Positions 54,722 through 63,571 of a stretch of 64,000 bases of DNA are shown here, in pieces. The position numbers and the translations under genes are program-made. The stretch comes from Candidatus Fraserbacteria bacterium (lineage in GTDB: Bacteria > Bipolaricaulota > Bipolaricaulia > RBG-16-55-9). The stretch spans positions 26,924 to 90,923 of the forward strand of contig JBBIOR010000006.1 of the NCBI GenBank assembly GCA_037443265.1, read 5' to 3'. The notes beneath the pieces were generated by a model, which worked only from the letters and a program-made list of their open reading frames with translations, searched no databases and was not told where the DNA came from. How positions within the stretch are numbered: position 1 is the stretch's first letter; every line of letters starts with the position of its first letter.

Positions 54722-57187
54722 TTAGGCGAGGCCACGCACTTGCGCACCCAGCTGCGTCTCCAGCGCCTTCTGAATGCGTTCATGCACCGCTTGAGCTTCC
54801 GCGTCTGTGAGCGTCCGATCCTCCGCCAGATAGAAGAGCGCATAGGCCAAGCTCTTCTGGCCTGGAGGCACGGGCTCTCCATAATAGACGTCGAAGAGCT
54901 TTACGCTCTTAAGCAGCGCTCCCCCGCTCTTCCAAATGAGCTGCTCCACGCGCTCCTGGGGCAACGCTTCATTCACTACGACGGCGATGTCCTGACGGAT
55001 GCCGGGAAAGCGAGGGATAGGGCGATAGGGTCGCAGCTCTCTGGCAAGAGGGAGCCATCTCTCCAGATCCAGCTCGGCCGCGTAGACCCGGCCCCTAAGC
55101 TCGAAGCGCTCGGCCACTCTGGGATGGATCTCTCCCAGGATGCCCAAGCGCTCTCCTGGGAGCGCAAGCTCCGCGCAACGCCCCGGATGAAACGAGGGAT
55201 GAGAGGCCGGCGAAAACTTTGCGCCCTCCACACTTAAGTGTTGGAGCAAAGCTTCGATGAGGCCCTTAAGGTCGAAGAAGTCCACGGGCACGGCCCGCTC
55301 GGCCCAAGAGACAGAGCGCCTTAAGCCGGCCAAGGCGATCCCCAAGCGACGAGGCTCCTGTGGCAGGCCCCCTCCCCGATCGGGAAGATACACCCGCCCC
55401 AGCTCAAAGACGGCAATAGTCTCGTGATGGCGCTGGTTTGCGGCCACCGTCTCCAGAAGCCCATTCAGGAGCGTTCTTCTCATAAGAGTCCGCTCACCAG
55501 AGATGGGATTTTCTAATTCCACATAGCTCTCCTGCGGAATCTGCCCGTCGGGATAGAGCTTGGCGATGCTCTCGAAGCTCGTCAGCGAGTAATTTATAAT
55601 CTCTGTGAGGCCGAAACCCACGAGAATATCGCGCACGCGCTCCTCCAGTTCAAATAGGCGATCTCGTCTCTGAGGCGGAAGCGTATCGCTGGGGAGCGTG
55701 CTAGGCAGGCGCTCATAGCCGATCACCCGCGCGACCTCTTCTACTAAATCGGCCGGAATCTCCACATCCAAGCGCCAATAGGGCACCGTGGCCAAGATGG
55801 CACCCTTCTGCCTCTTTAAGATAAAGCCCAAGGCTTTGAGGATCGCGCCGATCTCGGCAGGCTTGACGCTCAGGCCCAAGAGGCGTTCGACCTCGCCGCG
55901 CGCAAGGGCAATCACCCTCCTCGCGCGCTTTTTGGGATAGGCATCGAGCAGCCCCTGGGCGATCTCTCCCCGCGTAAGCCGTCGCAGGAGCTCAGCTGCC
56001 CTTCGAGCCGCGCGTTCCGCCAGCTCCGGCGGCACCCCACGGCTGAAGCGGTGCGAAGCCTCAGTGGACAAGTGCAATCTCTGAGCCGTTCGCCGGTTGT
56101 GGAGCGCATGGAAACTCGCCGATTCCAACAAGACGTGCTTCGTCGCCTCCGAGACTTCGGTGTCGAGGCCGCCCATCACGCCTGCGATCGCAATGGCCCC
56201 GCGCTCGTCGGCGATGACGAGCGCCTCTTCTGGAAGCGTCCGTTCCACTCCATCGAGCGTGACGATCTTCTCATGGGGAAGGGCCCGACGGACGATGATC
56301 GTGGGAGCCTTTCCGCCTGAGCGCTCGAGGAGCTTCTCATAATCGAAGGCGTGCAGTGGCTGGCCCCACTCCAGCATCACGTAGTTCGTGATATCTACAA
56401 TGGCATTGATCGGGCGCATTCCGCAGAGCCACAAGCGATAGCGCATCCAGAAGGGAGCTGCTCTATTTTTCACATCGCGGATGAGGGCTGCCACATAGCG
56501 AGCGCACAGATCCGGGTCGGCGATCTCAACCCGCGCTTGGCCGGCGATGGGCTCTCCCAGGGCCTTCCAGTGGGGCTCTTTAATCTTGAGCCTTCCACCC
56601 GCGATGGCAGCCGCCTCGCGGGCGACTCCCACGATCGAGAGGCATCGGCCCAGATTGGGAGTGAGATCCAATTCGAGCACGACGTCGCCCAGCACATCGA
56701 CCAGCGGGGTGCCCACGGGCGCATCCTCGTCGAGCAGAAGCACTCCGGTGTGCTCCTGCGAGAGGCCGAGTTCTTTCTCCGAGCAGAGGACGGCTTGAGA
56801 CTCCACACCTCGAAGCTCGAGCGGCTTCACTTCGACCTGAGGAGGATCGTTGCTGTAGGCATTCGCAATGCGGGCGCCCGGAAGGGCCACGGCTACTCTC
56901 TGTCCCCGACTCCGGCGGCTGGCGGGCAGATTCGGAGCGCCGTGGACGATCTTAAGCACCCTCTGCGGGCCGATGCGGACCCAGGCGACCCCCAAGCGAT
57001 CCGCGTTGGGGTGGGGCTCCACTCTCACGACTTCGCCCACGCAGATCTTCTCCCAGCTCAGCCCCTGGGAGGGGATGGGCTCGATGGCCGCCACTTCCAC
57101 GCCCGCCAGGGTGAGGCGCTGGGCCAGCTCCTCCACCGAGCAGGGGATATCTAAAAACTCCTTCAGCCAGCTTAAGGGGACGCGCAT
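54722..57187 (-). CDS. pheT: Phenylalanine--tRNA ligase beta subunit
   Basis: MRVPLSWLKE, HPNADRL, VDITNYVMLE.GQPLHAFD, DLVEEVAR, LFDVY. Confidence 0.98.
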   Translation of the reverse strand: MRVPLSWLKEFLDIPCSVEELAQRLTLAGVEVAAIEPIPSQGLSWEKICVGEVVRVEPHPNADRLGVAWVRIGPQRVLKIVHGAPNLPASRRSRGQRVAVALPGARIANAYSNDPPQVEVKPLELRGVESQAVLCSEKELGLSQEHTGVLLLDEDAPVGTPLVDVLGDVVLELDLTPNLGRCLSIVGVAREAAAIAGGRLKIKEPHWKALGEPIAGQARVEIADPDLCARYVAALIRDVKNRAAPFWMRYRLWLCGMRPINAIVDITNYVMLEWGQPLHAFDYEKLLERSGGKAPTIIVRRALPHEKIVTLDGVERTLPEEALVIADERGAIAIAGVMGGLDTEVSEATKHVLLESASFHALHNRRTAQRLHLSTEASHRFSRGVPPELAERAARRAAELLRRLTRGEIAQGLLDAYPKKRARRVIALARGEVERLLGLSVKPAEIGAILKALGFILKRQKGAILATVPYWRLDVEIPADLVEEVARVIGYERLPSTLPSDTLPPQRRDRLFELEERVRDILVGFGLTEIINYSLTSFESIAKLYPDGQIPQESYVELENPISGERTLMRRTLLNGLLETVAANQRHHETIAVFELGRVYLPDRGGGLPQEPRRLGIALAGLRRSVSWAERAVPVDFFDLKGLIEALLQHLSVEGAKFSPASHPSFHPGRCAELALPGERLGILGEIHPRVAERFELRGRVYAAELDLERWLPLARELRPYRPIPRFPGIRQDIAVVVNEALPQERVEQLIWKSGGALLKSVKLFDVYYGEPVPPGQKSLAYALFYLAEDRTLTDAEAQAVHERIQKALETQLGAQVRGLA

Positions 57188-57188
57188 C

Positions 57189-57359
57189 TTACTCGCTCCT
57201 TAAGCCGGAGCCGCCGCAGACGGGGCACTCCCCGTTGCCCTGGCACTCGATGCATCGCTCTGAAGGCGCACCGGCGTGCTTGATCACCACGCCCCGGCCC
57301 TTGCAGGTGCGGCACTTGCCGGTGCCCTTGCAGACACGACACTTTTCGGCTTCCGCCAT
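57189..57359 (-). CDS. Stand-alone DnaJ-type zinc-finger protein (56 aa)
   Basis: Four CxxCxGxG motifs; AAAGGAG SD; fills the pheS-pheT gap. Confidence 0.85.
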   Translation of the reverse strand: MAEAEKCRVCKGTGKCRTCKGRGVVIKHAGAPSERCIECQGNGECPVCGGSGLRSE

Positions 57360-57393
57360 GTACGCTGCTCCTTTCTGCTCGGCTGAGATTCTC

Positions 57394-58440
57394 TTAGCCG
57401 AACTGCTCTAAGAAACGCAAATCGTTCCCCAGGAAGAGGCGAATGTCCTCGATGCCGTATCTGAGCATGGCGATCCGCTCCGGGCCCATCCCGAAGGCAA
57501 AGCCGGAGAATCTTTCGGGATCATAGCCACCGTTTCGGAGCACCCTGGGATGGACCATGCCCGCCCCTAAGATCTCGAGCCAGCCGCTCCCCTTGCAGAC
57601 GCGACAGCCCCGGCCATCACACAAGTTGCAGCGGATGTCGAGTTCCACGCTGGGCTCCGTGAAGGGGAAGTAGCTGCCCCTCAGGCGCACTCTCGTCTGT
57701 GGGCCGAACATCTGGCGAGCGAATTCTGTGAGTACTCCCTTAAGATCGGCCATGGTGATGCGCTCTCCCACGGCCAATCCCTCGACTTGGTGGAACTGGA
57801 TCTCTGAACGAGTCGTGATCTGTTCGTAGCGATAGCACTTGCCCGGCAGGATCACCCGAATGGGCTCCGGGCAGTGCTGGCGCATGACTCGAATCTGGCC
57901 GGGCGAGGTATGAGTTCTCAAAATCACGCCGGGCTGTTTCGTATAGAAAGTGCTCTGCATCTCGCGGGCCGGGTGGTCCGGTGGGATGCCCAGAAGCTGG
58001 AAATTATACTCATCTGTCTCCACTTCCGGGGTCTGGTAGATGCGGAAGCCCATCCGGGTGAAGATGCTGTAGATCTCGCGCAGAGTCTGGGTGATCACAT
58101 GCAGGTGTCCCCCTCTCACGGGACGTCCCGGAAGCGTCACATCCACGCGCTCTGCCTCAAGTCGCCGCTCGATCTCTTGAGCGGCCAGCTGACTCTTCTT
58201 GGCTGCGAGCTCTTCTTCAAGCTGCTTCTTCAACCCATTGAGGAGCCGGCCGGCTTGGGGGCGCTCTCCGTCGGATAAATCTTTGAGCTCCTCGAAGAGG
58301 GTGGTGACTTTCCCTCTGCGTCCCAGATACGCCACGCGCACCTGCTCGCACTCCGCCAGAGTAGAAGAGCGCTCCAGGGCTGTGCGACTCTCTGCCAAGA
58401 GTTGCTGGATCTTAGACTCAAGCTCTTGGAGTCTGTTCAT
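57394..58440 (-). CDS. pheS: Phenylalanine--tRNA ligase alpha subunit
   Basis: HPAREMQ, LRTHTS, FHQVEG, FPFTEPS, GFAFGMG. Confidence 0.98.
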   Translation of the reverse strand: MNRLQELESKIQQLLAESRTALERSSTLAECEQVRVAYLGRRGKVTTLFEELKDLSDGERPQAGRLLNGLKKQLEEELAAKKSQLAAQEIERRLEAERVDVTLPGRPVRGGHLHVITQTLREIYSIFTRMGFRIYQTPEVETDEYNFQLLGIPPDHPAREMQSTFYTKQPGVILRTHTSPGQIRVMRQHCPEPIRVILPGKCYRYEQITTRSEIQFHQVEGLAVGERITMADLKGVLTEFARQMFGPQTRVRLRGSYFPFTEPSVELDIRCNLCDGRGCRVCKGSGWLEILGAGMVHPRVLRNGGYDPERFSGFAFGMGPERIAMLRYGIEDIRLFLGNDLRFLEQFG

Positions 58441-58460
58441 CCATGGCCCCCTCGTTGGGA

Positions 58461-58525
58461 TTCATTGTATTGTATTGTAACTCCATGCCCTTCGGGAATG
58501 AAAATGAAATGAAATGAAATGAATG
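58461..58525. repeat. Pentanucleotide repeats in the pheS leader
   Basis: (ATTGT)3 at about 58464-58478 and about four AATGA units at about 58497-58525. Confidence 0.85.
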
Positions 58526-58572
58526 GATTGCGCGGCTTACGCGTTGGGTGAGTGGATAAGAAGATGCCCCCG

Positions 58573-58632
58573 CTAGGGGGCGAAGAAGAGCAGGCTCCTG
58601 GTGCGTGCGTCCCATGGGCTCTGGCTTCTCAT
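58573..58632 (-). CDS. Putative pheST leader peptide (19 aa)
   Basis: MRSQSPWDARTRSLLFFAP; tandem TTC TTC codons; stop codon inside a GCCCCC/GGGGGC hairpin. Confidence 0.55.
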   Translation of the reverse strand: MRSQSPWDARTRSLLFFAP

Positions 58633-58641
58633 GGCAGGCAG

Positions 58642-58670
58642 ATTGTAGCATGGGGAAGCATCACCGTCAA
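58642..58670 (-). promoter_or_regulatory. pheST promoter
   Basis: TTGACG-N17-TACAAT with extended TG. Confidence 0.8.
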
Positions 58671-58703
58671 ACCCCTTGGGCTCCTCTCGGCAGGAGCGCC
58701 TCT

Positions 58704-58916
58704 TCAGGGCGATGGACGCTCGGGCTCTCTCTTCTTCCTGTGGCGGTGCCTGGGCTTGCCTTTCTGTCGGGGCGGAAGCTCTCCTTGCTTGAGGAAGTAT
58801 TGTTCGAGCGCTGTCATGATGACTTGACTTACGCTCTTTCTCTGGGCGTAGGCAGCCTGCTCCAGCTTCTGGATGAGCCAGCGGTCTTCTTCTCGGTAGT
58901 AGATCGTTATCTGCAT
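58704..58916 (-). CDS. Ribbon-helix-helix-like protein
   Basis: N-terminal beta strand QITIYY, then helix-(RKSVSQVI)-helix; basic tail. Confidence 0.7.
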   Translation of the reverse strand: MQITIYYREEDRWLIQKLEQAAYAQRKSVSQVIMTALEQYFLKQGELPPRQKGKPRHRHRKKREPERPSP

Positions 58917-58931
58917 AATAACCCCCTTAAA

Positions 58932-59366
58932 TTACAGCCGGTGGACTGTCCCTAGGGCCTTCTTGAGCTCTTCGAGTCCTTGAGCCAGCTCTCTGCTCAT
59001 CTCTTGAAACGCCGGTCCTCTCTCTTGGCTTGAGGAGTGTACGGCCTCCCGGAGCTTGCGCAGATGTTCACAGAGATTCTCTAGGCCGTTGCGCATCTCC
59101 GGTGCCAGGATCCCGCCATACTCCGTGCAGACATCCCGGAGGCGGCCTGTGATCTCCTCCAAGCGCGCACTCAACGCCCGCTGGGAGAGAGCTTCCCCCC
59201 AGCCCAGCTCCAGCGCCCGTACCGAGTCTCTGAGCGAAGCCTCCAGCGCCCGATAGGCCCGCCGAAGCGACTTCTGGCGCTCCCCAGCCATGAAGGGAAA
59301 GCGAGAGACCTCAAACTTAAAGATCTGCTTGAGGCTTTCGAAGTTCATCGAGTGCTTAGGAGTCAT
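58932..59366 (-). CDS. Hypothetical helical protein
   Basis: ORF tightly packed in a minus-strand operon; GAGGAG SD. Confidence 0.65.
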   Translation of the reverse strand: MTPKHSMNFESLKQIFKFEVSRFPFMAGERQKSLRRAYRALEASLRDSVRALELGWGEALSQRALSARLEEITGRLRDVCTEYGGILAPEMRNGLENLCEHLRKLREAVHSSSQERGPAFQEMSRELAQGLEELKKALGTVHRL

Positions 59367-59378
59367 TCTTTACTCCTC

Positions 59379-59582
59379 TTAGCGCCGGTTGGACCAGCGG
59401 ACCACCAGCTGGCCGCAGTGAGGACAGTACGTGCGATCTCCCAGATCCACATAGAGATTCCCGCAGTGGGTGCACAGCTCCTTCTGTGGGCGCTGCCGCA
59501 GCCAGAAGTGCCAATAGAGCCGCCAGCCGATCCACCAGCTGACCACGAGCCACAAGATCAGTCCCAAAAACTCCAAGCTCAT
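59379..59582 (-). CDS. Small membrane-anchored zinc-ribbon protein
   Basis: Trp-rich N-terminal TM helix; CTHCG...CPHCG. Confidence 0.75.
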   Translation of the reverse strand: MSLEFLGLILWLVVSWWIGWRLYWHFWLRQRPQKELCTHCGNLYVDLGDRTYCPHCGQLVVRWSNRR

Positions 59583-59591
59583 GCGGGAATC

Positions 59592-60791
59592 TCAAGCCAG
59601 CGCCTCAAAGATGGCGGCAATGCCCTGGCCGCCGCCGATGCAGAGTGCTGCGAGTCCGAATTGCTTCCTCTGCTGCTGAAGCTCGATGAGCAGCGTGAGT
59701 GAAAGCCGCGCTCCGCTGGCTCCCAGGGGATGTCCCAGCGCAATCGCTCCGCCGTTCACGTTGACCCTCTCGCGCTCGAGAGAAAGCTCTCGTTCTACGG
59801 CCAGATATTGCCCGGCGAACGCTTCGTTGATCTCAAATAAATCTATATCTTTGAGGGAGAGTCCGGTCCTTTGCAGGGCTGCCCGGGCGGCCGGAGCCGG
59901 TCCGATCCCCATATATTGGGGCTCGACTCCCGCATGAGCCCAGCTGACGATCCGGCCCAAGGGTCTTACGCCCAGCTCTTTGGCCTTCTTGTGGCTGGCT
60001 ACGATCACCGCCGCCGCGCCGTCGTTGATCCCCGAGGCGTTTCCGGCTGTGACGAATTGATTGCCCTCGAAGGGCGCCAGTGGCAGATTCTTAAGCACCT
60101 CCATCGTGGTGTCCTTGCGCGGATGCTCATCCGTGTCGATGAGCACCCTCTGGCCCTTGACGGTCATCTCATAGGGCAGGATCTCTGCGCGGAAGCGGCA
60201 GCTCTCTTGAGCCCGAACGGCCCGCTGATGGCTTCTTAGGGCAAACTCGTCTTGCTCTTGGCGTGAGATGCCATATTTGATGGCTAGATTATTGGCCGTG
60301 CCCGCCATGGTGCACCGTCCATAGGGATCATAGAGCGCTTCCCAGAGATAGTCTTCGAGTCTGGCAGAGCCCAGGCGCAGGCCCTGGCGCGCTCCACGGA
60401 TCACAAACGGCGCTTGGGTCATGTTCTCCGCGCCTCCGGCTATGATCAACTCCGCCTCGCCTGCTTGGACCATCCGTGCCGCCTGCACAATCGCTTCCAG
60501 CCCCGAGCCGCACAGGCGATTGACGGTAACCGCGGGCACGTGGACGGGAATGCCCGCTCGTAGTCCCGCGTGGCGGGCGAGATAGATCGCGTCCGGCGAG
60601 GTCTGCAGGACGTTGCCAAAGATGATGTGATCCACTTGATCAGGGGAGACTCCGGCCCGCTCCAGCGCCCCCTTCGTCACGTGCGCGGCCAGCTCAATCG
60701 CCGAGACGCTTGAAAAGGCGCCCATGAACTTCCCAAAGGCCGTGCGCACTCCCGTCAAGATGACGGCTTCTCTATTCTTCACAAGGCTCAC
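59592..60791 (-). CDS. Acetyl-CoA acyltransferase (thiolase)
   Basis: NRLCGSG, NEAFA, GHPLGASG, CIGGGQG. Confidence 0.95.
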   Translation of the reverse strand: MSLVKNREAVILTGVRTAFGKFMGAFSSVSAIELAAHVTKGALERAGVSPDQVDHIIFGNVLQTSPDAIYLARHAGLRAGIPVHVPAVTVNRLCGSGLEAIVQAARMVQAGEAELIIAGGAENMTQAPFVIRGARQGLRLGSARLEDYLWEALYDPYGRCTMAGTANNLAIKYGISRQEQDEFALRSHQRAVRAQESCRFRAEILPYEMTVKGQRVLIDTDEHPRKDTTMEVLKNLPLAPFEGNQFVTAGNASGINDGAAAVIVASHKKAKELGVRPLGRIVSWAHAGVEPQYMGIGPAPAARAALQRTGLSLKDIDLFEINEAFAGQYLAVERELSLERERVNVNGGAIALGHPLGASGARLSLTLLIELQQQRKQFGLAALCIGGGQGIAAIFEALA

Positions 60792-62023
60792 CCTCCCAGT
60801 TGCTGAAGGATCGAAAAGATCTCGCGCTCGCTGAGCACCCGCGCGGAGCTTTTCGCCTGCTCCAGGATCCTTTCAATGAGCTGGGGCTTAGGCTCAAGCC
60901 CCCGCTGCTTAAGCCAGTGGATGACGTTCGATTGCCCGCTCATCGGGCCGATCTCGATCTCTTGGCGGCGGCCGAACAGCTCCGCGGGCACGGCGGAGTA
61001 GACCCGATTGGCCAGAAATTCATCGCCCTTCTCCTTGGCCTTGATGATGGCGGCGGCGTGCACCCCTGTAGATGTACGAAAGGCATCGCGACCCATGACG
61101 GGATAATTGAACGGCAGAGGAGCTCCACAACACTCATGAACCAACTGGCAATATTGGGGCAATACGCTCAAGTCTTGCTCAATCCAGCCCAAGAGCTTCA
61201 GATTCACGAGCAACTGATCCAGCGAGGTATTTCCGACTCGCTCGCCGATCCCCAAGATCGTCCCGTGGACGCAGTCGGCCCCGGCCTCAAAAGCCGCCAG
61301 ACTATTGGCCACAGCTAGGCCGCGATCGTTGTGCCCATGCCAATCGATCTTCAGATTCTTGGCATCTTTGACGATCTCCTGCTTGAAGAATTGGATCAAG
61401 CGGCGGACGCCATGGGGCAGGATGTGGCCCACCGTGTCGGCGATACACAGTCGATACGCCCCGCACTGAATGGCTGTGCGGTAGAGCTTTTTGAGGACCT
61501 CTGGCCGGGCACGGGTAGTGTCCTCGGTCACGTACATGACGGGCAGGTTGTGCTGGACGGCGAAGGTGACGGCCTCCTCGGTACTGCGCCGCATCATGTC
61601 CAGATCCCAGCCCTCGGCCAATCTTCTAATGGGGCTACTGCCGATGAACGTGGAGGCTTCGATGGGGATGCCAGCCGCCTGGGAGATATCTACAATGGCC
61701 TGGACGTCGCTTAGGACCGTGCGGGCGGCGCAGTTGGGCCGGATGGGCAATCGCTCTTGGGCAATCACTTTCGCCAGCTCCAGAGTCGCTTCTTTGATCA
61801 TGGGGCTAGTAGCGGGCATGCCGATATTGGCATTGGAGATGCCCAACCTGGCCATGTAGTGCAGGGCCTCAATCTTCTTATTAAGAGGCGGATCGGTGAT
61901 GGAGGGCGATTGTAGGCCGTCCCGGAGGGTCTCGTCGTTGAGCTCAATTCTTCGGGGCGGAGGAGGCACCTGGATCTGATTCCAGTCGTAGATCAGCTCA
62001 TGGGTTTCGAGTGCTCTGCTCAT
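60788..62023 (-). CDS. LeuA-like DRE-TIM acyltransferase lacking the regulatory domain
   Basis: DETLRDG.Q, ADTVG, HGHNDRG, GIGERVGN; 411 aa; GGAGGAGG SD. Confidence 0.88.
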   Translation of the reverse strand: MSRALETHELIYDWNQIQVPPPPRRIELNDETLRDGLQSPSITDPPLNKKIEALHYMARLGISNANIGMPATSPMIKEATLELAKVIAQERLPIRPNCAARTVLSDVQAIVDISQAAGIPIEASTFIGSSPIRRLAEGWDLDMMRRSTEEAVTFAVQHNLPVMYVTEDTTRARPEVLKKLYRTAIQCGAYRLCIADTVGHILPHGVRRLIQFFKQEIVKDAKNLKIDWHGHNDRGLAVANSLAAFEAGADCVHGTILGIGERVGNTSLDQLLVNLKLLGWIEQDLSVLPQYCQLVHECCGAPLPFNYPVMGRDAFRTSTGVHAAAIIKAKEKGDEFLANRVYSAVPAELFGRRQEIEIGPMSGQSNVIHWLKQRGLEPKPQLIERILEQAKSSARVLSEREIFSILQQLGG

Positions 62024-62150
62024 CGTCTCCTCCTCCGGGTGAAAGTATAATCGAGCGGGCTCTGCAATCCAAGGCTGGCCCCCATTGGGGGCCACTTGAT
62101 CTGCCCTCGGCTCATCCGCTAGACTGGCAGAAGCCCAATTTTGAAGGGAG

Positions 62151-62615
62151 ATGGTGATTGTGCAGACCAGAGAGCAGATCTATCGGGTCCGCGGGAGCTG
62201 GAGCGGCAGCTTAAACGGCCAGGGCGTGATCGAGAATGAGCGGGGGACATTTAAGACGGAGTTTGCCATCCCGAGGAGCTTCGGCGGACCCGGAGGCATC
62301 ACCAACCCTGAAGAGATCTTTTTGTCTTCGGCCTGTGCGTGTTATCTGGTGACTTTGGCGATGATTGCTGAGAAGATGAGACTGCCTGTGAAGAATCTCA
62401 CTTGTACAGCCGAGGGGCGGGTCGTAGCCGATGAGCAGGACGGCTATCACTTCCGGGAGATTGTGCTGTATCCCCATTTTGAGCTGGAAGGTGACTCTGA
62501 TAAATATGATGAGGCCATCGCCCGGGCGGTCGCGCTGGCCGAGCAGCGCTGCATCATCTCACGGGCTGTGAAGGGCAGCGTGAAATACGAGATCAAGCAT
62601 ACGGTGGCCGTTTAA
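62151..62615 (+). CDS. OsmC/Ohr family protein
   Basis: TNPEE....ACACY and second Cys in RCIISRAV. Confidence 0.9.
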   Translation: MVIVQTREQIYRVRGSWSGSLNGQGVIENERGTFKTEFAIPRSFGGPGGITNPEEIFLSSACACYLVTLAMIAEKMRLPVKNLTCTAEGRVVADEQDGYHFREIVLYPHFELEGDSDKYDEAIARAVALAEQRCIISRAVKGSVKYEIKHTVAV

Positions 62616-62662
62616 GCTAGCAGGCAGACAATTGGGGGAGAAGCTGGTGCAGCGTGGAGGAT

Positions 62663-63373
62663 ATGGCTCCTTCTGTGCGTTGTAGAAACTGTACGCAGAG
62701 GAGATGTATCCTTAGTAGCTTGGAGGAAGAAGATCTTTATATATTTTCTGCTGGCATCGACTGGAATGCCTATCCGAAGAGAGCGGTCTTGGTAGAGCGC
62801 CATTCGACGATCGGATGCTATATTCTATGTCGAGGGCTGGCCAAGCTCTACCTGGAGCAATACCCTTCTAAGCGCCTACTGATCAAGATCCTAGAGCCTG
62901 GGGATGTCATTGTCGTCGAAGCGCTGGCCCGAAAGACTTGGTATAACATCTGTGTCCAAGCGTTGGAAGAGGTCGAGGTGCGCTGTATTCGCAGCCCAGA
63001 ATTTCACGTGTTACTCGAACGCCATGCGCCACTGAAAGATTGGCTACTACAGTGGCTGTCTACAGAGCATCTAGAACTCCAAAGGGCAATGATGAGAATG
63101 TCTCCTTATTTTGGGGTCAGGGAACGTTTGGCCAGGCTGTTGTTGGACTTGAGTCAGGATGATCGTCTCGCTGTGTCGCGGGGGGGGGGGGGGCGACTTA
63201 TTGACGTCGAATTGAGTGAAAAGGAACTAGCAGAGCTGATTGCGAGTCATAGAGTGACCGTGACTAAGCAGCTCAGCGATTTTGTCGCACGAGGTTGGAT
63301 TCGACATGTAGGCCGTAGTATTGAAATTACGAATGAAGAGGCCTTGAGGGATCTTATCGTGGATCTGCGGTAG
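62663..63373 (+). CDS. Crp/Fnr family regulator with N-terminal Cys motif
   Basis: CRNCTQRRC, cNMP-type barrel, RERLARLLL, HTH ELAELIASHRVTVTK. Confidence 0.9.
   Translation: MAPSVRCRNCTQRRCILSSLEEEDLYIFSAGIDWNAYPKRAVLVERHSTIGCYILCRGLAKLYLEQYPSKRLLIKILEPGDVIVVEALARKTWYNICVQALEEVEVRCIRSPEFHVLLERHAPLKDWLLQWLSTEHLELQRAMMRMSPYFGVRERLARLLLDLSQDDRLAVSRGGGGRLIDVELSEKELAELIASHRVTVTKQLSDFVARGWIRHVGRSIEITNEEALRDLIVDLR
63180..63193 (+). repeat. G14 homopolymer inside the Crp/Fnr CDS
   Basis: 14 consecutive G, currently in frame (RGGGGR). Confidence 0.9.
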
Positions 63374-63394
63374 GATTGGGGCCCTCCCGCCAAA

Positions 63395-63482
63395 TGTAAT
63401 TTATACTACCTTATCAAAGTAATAAAAACTGCTGATTTTTTGTTGTGTGACTACACCACTTTTCTCAGAGTTAGTCTATAAT
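63395..63482 (+). promoter_or_regulatory. Activator-type promoter with candidate GTA-N8-TAC sites
   Basis: TGTAA-N6-CTACC (63395-63410); half site CTACA (63451-63455); TATAAT 63477-63482; poor -35. Confidence 0.55.
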
Positions 63483-63571
63483 TTTAAGGACAAAGGAGGT
63501 GGGAAAACCCAACCTTCAGCGGACTGCAGCTCTAAGAAAACTCCAATCTCACAAATAAGGAGGTCAAGAAA

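Noticed and set aside
58441..58640. T-box riboswitch upstream of pheS
   Set aside because: No GGTGGNACC T-box core or stem I motifs visible
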